This document shows, piece after piece, positions 27,274 to 35,422 of a stretch of 51,418 nucleotides of DNA. A program made the translations under genes and the position numbers. Within the stretch, counting starts at the first letter, position 1. Each line of letters opens with the position of its first letter. Source of the stretch: a virus (Duplodnaviria; Caudoviricetes); the IMG/VR virus record IMGVR_UViG_3300011416_000014, positions 1 through 51,418 of that record, one strand, 5' to 3'. The notes under the pieces were generated by a model. That model saw nothing but the letters and a program-made list of their open reading frames with translations. It was not told the DNA's origin and did not search any database.

Positions 27274-28574
27274 TGGATGCTCCATTGTTCCCGGCGCCGC
27301 GCGAGCATCGCCTTGGACGGCGTCCACTCCCGGCCGCCGTAGGCCGCCCAGTCCTCGTGGATCAGGATCAGCTCCTGGCTGCACGCCTTCCGCGCCGGGT
27401 TGATGGTCACGATGCCGAAACCCATGTTCCACTGACTCGGCGTGCTGACGAAGTCGCGGCCGACCGCGAAGCCGGCCAGCATCGGAGTGGACATCCAGGA
27501 GATCGTGCCGGTGCCCAGGCTGTTGCTGGTCATGATCTGCGGCCGGTGCGTGTGCCCGGACGACCCGCTCATCTTGAACGGCCCCTCCAACTCCACCATC
27601 GACGCGACCTTGGCGATGCTGGTGCCGTGCGTGGCAATCCAAGTGTCGAACAGAACCAGCCAGTTCTCGCGCACGTCGGCCTTGCGCGCCTTCGCGGTCG
27701 GCGCCAGGAACGAGCTGCGGCAGATCAAGTTCAGCTCGTACTTGTGGACACCGAGGAACGTCTCGAACTCCAGCTCCGGCAAGCCGGCCAGCTGCGGCGC
27801 GGCGTCGGCGAGGTAGGTCACGAGGCGGTACTCGTGGTTCCCGATCAGGTAATGGATCGTCGCCTGGGGGCAGGCTTCGCGCACGCGGGCCAGGATCTGC
27901 TCCTGACCGAAGCGGCGCTCCTCGTGGAGGTTCAGGTGGAAGTGCCCTGGCATCTGCCGGTGCCGGCTGATCTGCGGGAAGTCGAACACGTCGCCGTTGA
28001 GGACCACCACGCCGCGCTTGCCGAGCGGGGTGATGACCATCTTCGCCACGTCCAGGAAGACCTCCAGGGCGAACGGGTCGACGAACCAGCTGTGGAAGTC
28101 GCTGCCCACCAGCACGCGCACGCTGTCGCTGGACTTCAGGCTGTCGGTCTTGTCGTACAGGCCGCAGTGCGCCAGGACGTGATCCTCGGCGTACTTCGCG
28201 ATCTGCTGATGTGTATGGAGTTTAGCGGCTTTATTGCGGACCTTCGTGGTCTCTCTGGAGTCGTGCAGGCCGGCGGCGCGCAGGAACTCCTGGTGGTTGC
28301 CGAAGAAGTCGGCCACCATGATCTCTGGGAAGTGCCCGAGCTGGCGGTAGCGCTGCCGGCTGGCCGCGAAGCCCCGGTAGGGGTTGCGCTTGTCCTGGAA
28401 GACCCGCTGCAGGTCGGCGATCAACTGCTCGCGCAGGGTCTTCTGCATCTCCTTGTCGCCGCGGTACTGCTCGCGCAGCGCGCGGTTCGTGTCGCGCAGC
28501 AGCGCAGCCTGCTCGACTGCGGCCTGGAACGCGGCCAGTTCCTGATCTCGTTCGTCTTGCTTCTTCTTGGTCAT
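27270..28574 (-). CDS. Calcineurin-like metallophosphoesterase with N-terminal extension
   Basis: All five motifs present: SDFH, NGDVFD, GNHE, THG, GHTH. Confidence 0.9.
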   Translation of the reverse strand: MTKKKQDERDQELAAFQAAVEQAALLRDTNRALREQYRGDKEMQKTLREQLIADLQRVFQDKRNPYRGFAASRQRYRQLGHFPEIMVADFFGNHQEFLRAAGLHDSRETTKVRNKAAKLHTHQQIAKYAEDHVLAHCGLYDKTDSLKSSDSVRVLVGSDFHSWFVDPFALEVFLDVAKMVITPLGKRGVVVLNGDVFDFPQISRHRQMPGHFHLNLHEERRFGQEQILARVREACPQATIHYLIGNHEYRLVTYLADAAPQLAGLPELEFETFLGVHKYELNLICRSSFLAPTAKARKADVRENWLVLFDTWIATHGTSIAKVASMVELEGPFKMSGSSGHTHRPQIMTSNSLGTGTISWMSTPMLAGFAVGRDFVSTPSQWNMGFGIVTINPARKACSQELILIHEDWAAYGGREWTPSKAMLARRREQWSIQ

Positions 28575-29131
28575 GACCTCTCTCGATGGATCCAGCGGGC
28601 CAGGAGGAGCGCATCCGCGACGTGCTTCCACTGCCCTGGTGAGATGTGCTTGAACGCCTCCGGGATGATGCGCGGCCGTGCGTAGGAGTCTTTGCCCTTG
28701 CCGATGATGCTGTAGCCCCAGCCCAGCTCGTTGAATAGCCGGGCCTGCATGGCGTGCTTGGGCACGCTGCCCTTCCACTCCTCCGGCTCGGGCAGGCGCG
28801 CGTCTCTCCATCGCCCGCAGATCATGAGGACACCGTAGGCCGCACCGGCAACCTGCGCCAGCTTGACGATGTCGCCCGGGCGACGGTGCTGCGCCGCCCC
28901 CTCCCGCTTCAAGGACTGGCCTTCGACCGCGAACAGGGTGGCGTCCTCGTGCCAAGAACAGAAGGTGGTCAGGTCGTACGAGCACTGCCGAATCATCCGT
29001 TCGACGCGCTCGCGGCCGGACAGCCCTTTGTCGTGGACAAGGTGGATAACGTACGCAGCCACCGGCCCCGAGTCGTCCCACACGCCGATCGCCAGGTCGT
29101 GAAGGTCTGGGTCCACACCGATGGCCTTCAT
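28571..29131 (-). CDS. RuvC-like Holliday junction resolvase
   Basis: IGVDP, VEGQ, P.EWKG.VPK, ADALLLA. Confidence 0.8.
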   Translation of the reverse strand: MKAIGVDPDLHDLAIGVWDDSGPVAAYVIHLVHDKGLSGRERVERMIRQCSYDLTTFCSWHEDATLFAVEGQSLKREGAAQHRRPGDIVKLAQVAGAAYGVLMICGRWRDARLPEPEEWKGSVPKHAMQARLFNELGWGYSIIGKGKDSYARPRIIPEAFKHISPGQWKHVADALLLARWIHRERS

Positions 29132-29316
29132 CCGCCGCGCTCCTGTTCGGTGATCTCGTGCTCGACGATCTTGCGGTACATGGTGCTGGCCCCGATCCCG
29201 AGCAGGATGGCGGCGGTCTCGGCGTGGCCGCCCGACGACTTCAGCGCGCGAAGGATAACCGCTCTTTCGGCTTCGCGCAAGGAGTCCGGTCCAAGTTCTC
29301 CTAACCGCAGGATCAT
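29128..29316 (-). CDS. Fis-family helix-turn-helix protein
   Basis: SLREAERAVILRAL..SGG....AA.LLGI..STMYRKI. Confidence 0.9.
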   Translation of the reverse strand: MILRLGELGPDSLREAERAVILRALKSSGGHAETAAILLGIGASTMYRKIVEHEITEQERGG

Positions 29317-30443
29317 GGGTAGACTCGCCCATCGCCAGGGAAGATGATCCGTTCGAGGCGAGTGATCGTGCCTTCCTGGATCCAGCCGCTGCCGCCAAAG
29401 CCATCTACGTCTTCGCTCTCGTCGCGCACGAGTCGCTCCGCGACTCGATGTACCCGGATGACCCGATTGCAGTAGCCGTCTTCACGCAGGGCTTGCACAC
29501 GCGCCAGGACGTGACTTCGTGTGCGTACACTCGATGGCAGTTCGCACCAGAGGAAACCGTCGTCGGTTGGCGCGGGCAGTTGGACTTCGATGGTGAAGAG
29601 GAGAGGCTGTCCCTCGATCGCGCCTTCACCTCTTGCGCGAAGCGGATTGGGCACGGCCGCTTTGAACGACAGCGGCTCTCCAGGGATCAATTCGCGACTG
29701 CCCCACTCCGGCGAATCCAGGACTTCATCCTCCTGGTCGTAATCGATCTCGGGCGGCGAGATCCCGACGCATGGCGTGCCCTTCAAATCAAACTTGCACG
29801 GCTGGCTGCCGACGATCCCTCCCTGCTTGTACTCCGGGCCATGCTGCAGAGAGCCTTGTTCCACGGCGTGGTAGGACTGTTCCATGTATTCGATGATCGA
29901 GGCTCGTGCTGCCGCTGTCTGTTTATCAGCCCTTTCGCACTCCCCTGCATGAAATAAGTGACTAACCAGGTCGCGGTTCTCGTCGATCACCTTGGCCTCG
30001 CTAGTAACAGTGTAGGGCTTGCTGAAATCGCTTTCATTGCCCACACCGATGAGCGTGCGAGCGTTCGGGTAACGGTAGCGCGTGTCATCGCCTATCCCCC
30101 GCTCGCGGAATGTGATGAGCATCGCCAGGTTGGTGATCGCGTGATCCAAGTGCGGCAACCCGCTCTCGGTGTCGGTGTCCTCGCCACGATGCCAGGCCAT
30201 CAGGTGCCGCATCAACGAAGCATAGGGCTGCAGCCACGGGAAGCCCTTGGCCCAGTTCCAGTCGTCGTACTTCTGCGAGCCGTGCGTGAACACCCGGCCC
30301 ATAGCCTCCACGGCCTCGGCCGGCACCAGCTCCAGCCGCACTTTGCCGTCGTCGAACCTGGCGGCCTGCGTCGGGTCGCCCAGCTGTTGATTGTACGGAC
30401 TGGTCATCGTTGCCTCCGGAAGTGGTTCGAAGAAGGTTGTCAT
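29313..30443 (-). CDS. DUF5664 (dATP/dGTP diphosphohydrolase-like) domain fused to an unknown C-terminus
   Basis: K.RLELVP..A......V..HG.QKY..WNW.KG, SL.RHL.AW..GED.D.ESGLPHL.HA..NL. Confidence 0.85.
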   Translation of the reverse strand: MTTFFEPLPEATMTSPYNQQLGDPTQAARFDDGKVRLELVPAEAVEAMGRVFTHGSQKYDDWNWAKGFPWLQPYASLMRHLMAWHRGEDTDTESGLPHLDHAITNLAMLITFRERGIGDDTRYRYPNARTLIGVGNESDFSKPYTVTSEAKVIDENRDLVSHLFHAGECERADKQTAAARASIIEYMEQSYHAVEQGSLQHGPEYKQGGIVGSQPCKFDLKGTPCVGISPPEIDYDQEDEVLDSPEWGSRELIPGEPLSFKAAVPNPLRARGEGAIEGQPLLFTIEVQLPAPTDDGFLWCELPSSVRTRSHVLARVQALREDGYCNRVIRVHRVAERLVRDESEDVDGFGGSGWIQEGTITRLERIIFPGDGRVYP

Positions 30444-32704
30444 TTCTGGGCCGGCTTCCACGGGATCAACTTCCCGCTCTCATCGCGCACAGGCTCAGCG
30501 GCTTTCGACCAGACCACCGTCAGCAACGCTTCATCGGTGCGTACTCTTATTGAACTTAGGATCATGCTGGCGCTCTCACGGATCAGCCGCGCAACTTCCT
30601 CACACTGCGGCGCCCACAGTTCGGGATCGGCGGTCGTTTCACCGACGATCTGATCGTGGATGAACCCGATCGGGCGGGCGCCGTACAGCACGCTGCCCAT
30701 CGTGGGATCGTAGCACGCCCGGCTAACCACGATCATCCCGGCCAGCGCGGCCTCCGCGCCCGGCGACTGCATGCTCGCGCCATTTGCCGCAGCGCAGTAG
30801 GACGCGCCGACGCGCACCATGCCGAGCGGGGTGGTGTAGCGGTACATCGTGTGCTCGCCGGTGGTGTTGGCTTGGTCGGTCTGCGCGTTGACCCAGTCGA
30901 AGAAGCGTGGCATCTCTGGGTAGGTGGCCTTCCACATCTCTCTGAAGTCGCGCGCCTGCTCCTCGGTCATGATGACGCCGTAGGTCTGCCGCGCGAACGT
31001 GACCTGCGTTGCCGGCCCCAGCCCGCCAGGGTAGCCCAACCCAACCGGCTTCGCGAACGTGCGGTAGTGCTTGTAGAAGGCGCGCACTTCCTGGCTGTCA
31101 TGCTTCTTCAGAAGCCGGAAGGCTTCGTACACCGCCATCGGCTTGGCCAGGATGCCTTCGGACCTGCAGAGTTGCGCAAACTCGCGCGCCATCCCTTCGT
31201 CGGTGCCGAGAGCCAGCTGCGCGCCGAGGTAAGCGTGCAGGTCGACCCCTGCGTTGTACAGGTCGCGGTGGACCGACGCGCCGAACAGCTTGTAGGTGGT
31301 GTCGCCGACAGCGGCCAGCTCCAGCCCGGTCACGTCCACGTCGAAGAACACGCGGCCGTGGCGGGGCTTGAAGCACCGGCGCGGATCTAGGCCGCGGATC
31401 TCGTTCGGGATCTGCGTGATGTTCACGCTGGCGTATAGGCGCGGCTCGCCGGCCTTGCGCGCCTTGCCGCCGTCGTAGCTGGAGATGCGGCCGGTCTCCT
31501 TCAGCGCGTCGTAGTCGGGGTAGACCACCGGCCCCGCGCGCAGCGCGGGGATCATCTGAGTGACGATCTTCTGCAGGCTCTGGCGCTCGTGATACTGCGC
31601 CATGACCGGATCCTTCGTGGCGAGGTACTCCTGGACCTCGGCGTCGCACTGGATCGACCCGCCCGGCGTCATCGTCGGGATCTCGCCGAGCTTCCGGTAC
31701 AGGTCTTCGAGATAAGCCTGCAGCTTCTTGGTGTCCTTGCTGCCCGGCTCGCCCTTCGCCTTGCGGAACTTGATGCCCTGCGCTTTCAGCATCTCGGCCA
31801 ACGGGGTCCAATCCAGGATCTCAGTTGCGGCTATGGGAAGCTCAGCATCCAGTTCACCGTGCTGTACCAGGTCTTCAAGAATCTCCAGCGCCCGCGGCAG
31901 ATCCTTGGCGAATGGCTCGCCCACCATGCTCGCCGGCCGCAGGATGCCGTGCTCCTCCAGCAGCGACTTGTTCGCCTCGATGACCGCGGTGGTGGCGGCC
32001 TCCATGGCGTCGGTCGCGGCCTGGTCTACCTCCATGCCCCACGCGGTCGCGAGGCGCAGGACGACGGACTTGGTGAGCTGGAACTCCTCGGTGACGAAGG
32101 AGCCCTCCTCGAATGCGGCGCGGGCTTCCTGCGCTTCGTAGACCCGCAGCGTGTGCTCGCCGTCGCCCGCGGCGTAGTCGTGCGCCTCTTCCGGGTACTC
32201 ATCAGACCGCCAACCGTCGAGCGCTGAGAAGTTCAGCCGCCAGGTGTCCGGCTCGCCGCTCTTTTCGGCGCTGATGTCCTCGCCGAGGTACTTGAGCACC
32301 AGCGCTGCCAGTCCGTAACGGATCTCGACGCGCGAACCGTCGGGCATCTCCATCTCGTCGAGCCGGCCGGTGGTGGAGAGATTGAGCAGCTTCTCGCGCC
32401 AGAGGGTGTCAGTGCAGCGGCCGTCGATCAGCGCTGAGAATACCAAAGGGATCAGGTTCGGATACGAACCGCACACCACGGCCCAGTCGAAGCCGCCGTT
32501 GTGTGTGACCCACCGCACGTCCTCCGCCTGCAACAACTCTTCCAGCACTAATTCCAGCCATTCGTCTGGATGGTTGCCGATTACTTCGGTGCGTAGAGCG
32601 CCATCCTCAGTGCGCTCGGTGAAGATGGCACAGACCAGCCGCGGCACGATATTGCCCGGACCGATCAGGTGGGTCTCGGTGTCGAACGCGATCAGGGTGG
32701 TCAT
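30440..32704 (-). CDS. polA: DNA polymerase family A with 3'-5' exonuclease
   Basis: ExoI FDTET, ExoII HNGGFD, ExoIII YAAGD; TGRISS; motif A DVTGLE, motif B RTFAKPVGLGYPGG, motif C IHDQ. Confidence 0.92.
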   Translation of the reverse strand: MTTLIAFDTETHLIGPGNIVPRLVCAIFTERTEDGALRTEVIGNHPDEWLELVLEELLQAEDVRWVTHNGGFDWAVVCGSYPNLIPLVFSALIDGRCTDTLWREKLLNLSTTGRLDEMEMPDGSRVEIRYGLAALVLKYLGEDISAEKSGEPDTWRLNFSALDGWRSDEYPEEAHDYAAGDGEHTLRVYEAQEARAAFEEGSFVTEEFQLTKSVVLRLATAWGMEVDQAATDAMEAATTAVIEANKSLLEEHGILRPASMVGEPFAKDLPRALEILEDLVQHGELDAELPIAATEILDWTPLAEMLKAQGIKFRKAKGEPGSKDTKKLQAYLEDLYRKLGEIPTMTPGGSIQCDAEVQEYLATKDPVMAQYHERQSLQKIVTQMIPALRAGPVVYPDYDALKETGRISSYDGGKARKAGEPRLYASVNITQIPNEIRGLDPRRCFKPRHGRVFFDVDVTGLELAAVGDTTYKLFGASVHRDLYNAGVDLHAYLGAQLALGTDEGMAREFAQLCRSEGILAKPMAVYEAFRLLKKHDSQEVRAFYKHYRTFAKPVGLGYPGGLGPATQVTFARQTYGVIMTEEQARDFREMWKATYPEMPRFFDWVNAQTDQANTTGEHTMYRYTTPLGMVRVGASYCAAANGASMQSPGAEAALAGMIVVSRACYDPTMGSVLYGARPIGFIHDQIVGETTADPELWAPQCEEVARLIRESASMILSSIRVRTDEALLTVVWSKAAEPVRDESGKLIPWKPAQK

Positions 32705-33663
32705 GCGAAGAGATCCTGTGCCAGTGACTTGGTGACTCGGACGACCTCGGCCTGCAGCCGCTTGAAGTTGATGGTGGCGCTCTTGTGCTTCTTCAGGATC
32801 GCCCACATCTCTTCGTTCACTAGGTCGTGCCACACGCGACCAAGCAGTTGGGGGATGAAGCGGTCGCGGTAGGTGGCCTCTATCCCGAGGCAGCTCAACG
32901 TAATGTCAGCGTCTTCCTCGTTGGCGATCTCCACCGCGACCTTTGCGCGGGTCTTCCCTACCAAGTGCGGCGTCACGAACTGCTCGGCGATCTCGGCCTC
33001 GATCGACGCGCTGCCGTTGTTGGCGTGCCCGAACACTTTGCGGTTCTTCTCCTTGAAGTCGTTCGTCACCAACTTCGCCCACGTCGCGTGCGGCGTCCAC
33101 CAATCGTAGTTCTTCAGGACGATGCCCTCGCCGATCCCGGCACCCTCGGCGATCAGGAAGGTGTTACGTTGCACCGCGGCCTGCAGCTGCTCGTCGCTCG
33201 GGCTGTGGTACTCGCCCAGGCACTCTACGTAGTCGACATCATACTCTCGCAACAGCGCGCTGGAGTAGCCGTGGGGCAGGTATCTTAAATCACGCAGGTC
33301 GAACACGTCGAAGATCCAGAAACGGCGCCATGCCTCGGGGCGATAGGTCTTCAATGTGTGCGGTACTAGCCACTCCCCGTACAGGATGAACCAAGGATGC
33401 CGCTGCACCAGTCGAGGAATCCGTGCTGCCTCAATCGAGTCCCCCGCCAACCACTTGGCGAAGCCGGCGTTGTCGCTCTCTGGAGAGAGGACTCGACTGC
33501 GGGACGCGCAGCACACCTTCTCGCCGTCGAACCAGACACTGCCGTTGGTGCCGTCCAGCTTCGGGAAGACATGGACGCGGCCGGTCGTCAGGCCGTCCAC
33601 GTTGCGATGGTCGAGTCTTTCGAGATGTTCGTACTGCCGGAATCGTGCGACGGGGTGGCTCAT
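32701..33663 (-). CDS. RNA ligase (Rnl2-like nucleotidyltransferase)
   Basis: PKLDGTN, LYGEW, FWIFDV, GEGIVLK, WAKLV. Confidence 0.8.
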   Translation of the reverse strand: MSHPVARFRQYEHLERLDHRNVDGLTTGRVHVFPKLDGTNGSVWFDGEKVCCASRSRVLSPESDNAGFAKWLAGDSIEAARIPRLVQRHPWFILYGEWLVPHTLKTYRPEAWRRFWIFDVFDLRDLRYLPHGYSSALLREYDVDYVECLGEYHSPSDEQLQAAVQRNTFLIAEGAGIGEGIVLKNYDWWTPHATWAKLVTNDFKEKNRKVFGHANNGSASIEAEIAEQFVTPHLVGKTRAKVAVEIANEEDADITLSCLGIEATYRDRFIPQLLGRVWHDLVNEEMWAILKKHKSATINFKRLQAEVVRVTKSLAQDLFA

Positions 33664-34565
33664 GGGCAGAACGCTCCGCTGTCATACCTGAAGCCTTTGA
33701 ACACCGGGAACCGCGGCGTGGCGCCGGGTTTCCGGCCGCCAGGGTCGGGCTGATACTTGAAGGTGACGATGATCGGCAGCGCGGGGCTGGTGAGTTGCTC
33801 GCGCTGCGCCCACAAGTGCGCGCGCTGCGCATCGTTGAAGCCCGTGCCGATTTGGAACTCCGCGCCGTCCTCGGTGCGGCACACCAGCGCGCCCAGGTCC
33901 CCGGCGGGCCGCTTGCCCGCCTGCGCGGCCGAGCGCTTCGTGCGGCCCAGTTCGTCGGTGGTGGCCTCGTTGTCGTTGTGGAAGCGCTCCACGACTCCCA
34001 CCACCTTGGCCTCCTCGTCCTCGAACCGCTTCAACTTCAAAAGCCACCCCTCGGCGCTGGTGGAGCGGCCGAACTTGTACTCGCCCTGTGGGTCGCGCAG
34101 CATCACGCCTTCAAACCCGCCGGCCAGGCAGGTGCGCTCGTAGTCAAGCAGTTCTTCAGGGGTGGAGATCAAGACGTGTTCAACCACGCGCAGGTTGTTG
34201 TGGCCGTAGTATTCGCTCCAGCAGGTGAGTGCTGACAGTCGCTCAGTGAACGGCAGATTGTCAATGGCTTGCCAGTCGAACGCGAAGAACCAGAAATCGA
34301 ACTGCTGGCCTTCACCGCGCGACATGAACGCCGACTGCACGGAGGAGAAGCCGCCTGCCACCATCAGCTCGCCGTCTACTCCGTTGGGGACGCCGACCAG
34401 TGCTTGCTGCACGTAGGTGTTGGGGATAGGCTTGAGGTTGCGCGACATCGCGACATCATCGCGAATCACACAACGGATGCCGTCCATCTTCGGGGAAGCC
34501 AGGACTGGGTACAGAACTTTCGCGAGATCGTTGGGCGCCTTGCCCGCGAGCATCGGCTTGAACAT
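33660..34565 (-). CDS. ATP-dependent DNA ligase
   Basis: KPMLA, PKMDGIR, DGEL, FAFD, EGVMLR, KLK, OB-fold GTGF..FKY..PRFPVF; SD AGGAGG. Confidence 0.92.
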   Translation of the reverse strand: MFKPMLAGKAPNDLAKVLYPVLASPKMDGIRCVIRDDVAMSRNLKPIPNTYVQQALVGVPNGVDGELMVAGGFSSVQSAFMSRGEGQQFDFWFFAFDWQAIDNLPFTERLSALTCWSEYYGHNNLRVVEHVLISTPEELLDYERTCLAGGFEGVMLRDPQGEYKFGRSTSAEGWLLKLKRFEDEEAKVVGVVERFHNDNEATTDELGRTKRSAAQAGKRPAGDLGALVCRTEDGAEFQIGTGFNDAQRAHLWAQREQLTSPALPIIVTFKYQPDPGGRKPGATPRFPVFKGFRYDSGAFCP

Positions 34566-34826
34566 GCTTGCCTCCTGTGAAAGGTGCCGGCACCCTCCGG
34601 CCATGTTGCCCGTCCTAGAGATTGCAGGGTTTCCGCGGTAGTCCTCTTTTTGTCGAGGCACACTCGGTGCAATCGGGAAGTGCCGGATGTCCGCCCGGCA
34701 AGCTCGCTCAACCCTGCGCGCAGGTCCGGCGGGACTTCTGCTCTTCTGTCTGAACCCGCACTTCCCACGAGCGTGGGCGCTGGGCTTGCGCACAGACTTC
34801 GAGAGCGGCGCCGGTGAAGAGGATGC

Positions 34827-35354
34827 TCAGAGCCCGTTGGGGAAGAAGCGCTTCAGATCCTCGGCCGGCAGCGCGGCCTTGATCTGCTCAGAGTCGAGCA
34901 GCTGGGACCAGCTATAGACGACGTATGACACGGGCTGTCCGGTGACGGCGTCCTTGGTCTTCTGGCTGACGACCCGGCGGGCGGTGACGACGGTGACAAG
35001 GCCCTTCATGGGCGACTGGTCACTGCAGGCCAGGGCTGCCTCGGTCTCACCGATAGCCGAGTCCTCCACGCCCAACACGCCGGCCAGGAACCCCTTGAGG
35101 TTGCCCTGGAACGTGTTGCGCCCACCCGCGCCGGTCTGTACCTTGAAAAAGGTGTTGACGACCTCGCCGACCTTGTGCTGGGTCGAGCCAGTGCTGGCGT
35201 CGATCGCGAGGATGGTGAGAGTGTTCTTCCACATCTCGCCCTTCGCGGAGTCGAAGAAGGCACATTCGTCGATGCGCACGACAAACTTGCCCGCCTGCAG
35301 CGCGTTCGATTGATAGCTGCGCGAGGCATCCTTGAGTCCGGAGAAAGCTCCCAT
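34827..35354 (-). CDS. Probable ssDNA-binding protein
   Basis: 175 aa in the replication cluster; L..G.FVVRI OB-like start; SD GAAAGGA and its own promoter. Function is inferred. Confidence 0.55.
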   Translation of the reverse strand: MGAFSGLKDASRSYQSNALQAGKFVVRIDECAFFDSAKGEMWKNTLTILAIDASTGSTQHKVGEVVNTFFKVQTGAGGRNTFQGNLKGFLAGVLGVEDSAIGETEAALACSDQSPMKGLVTVVTARRVVSQKTKDAVTGQPVSYVVYSWSQLLDSEQIKAALPAEDLKRFFPNGL

Positions 35355-35394
35355 GATTCGTCCTTTCGTGTCTGAGGGGTGAACAGGTCACTGC

Positions 35395-35422
35395 ATGATA
35401 CTCCCAGAATCGGGAGCTGCAA
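35395..35422 (-). promoter_or_regulatory. Promoter upstream of the SSB/ligase/PolA operon
   Basis: TTGCAG-N16-TATCAT; spacer ends in GGGAG like the 45429-45456 promoter. Confidence 0.55.

Noticed and set aside
3139-34793. Longest-ORF starts in the track (e.g. 3139, 4029, 8779, 13196, 29081, 32833, 34793)
   Set aside because: They overlap upstream genes or lack SD support; internal starts with SD or ATGA coupling and family-typical N-termini were used instead.
34566-34826. c-di-GMP or cobalamin riboswitch, tRNA or hammerhead ribozyme
   Set aside because: I could not find the conserved cores by eye; kept only as an unclassified structured region.
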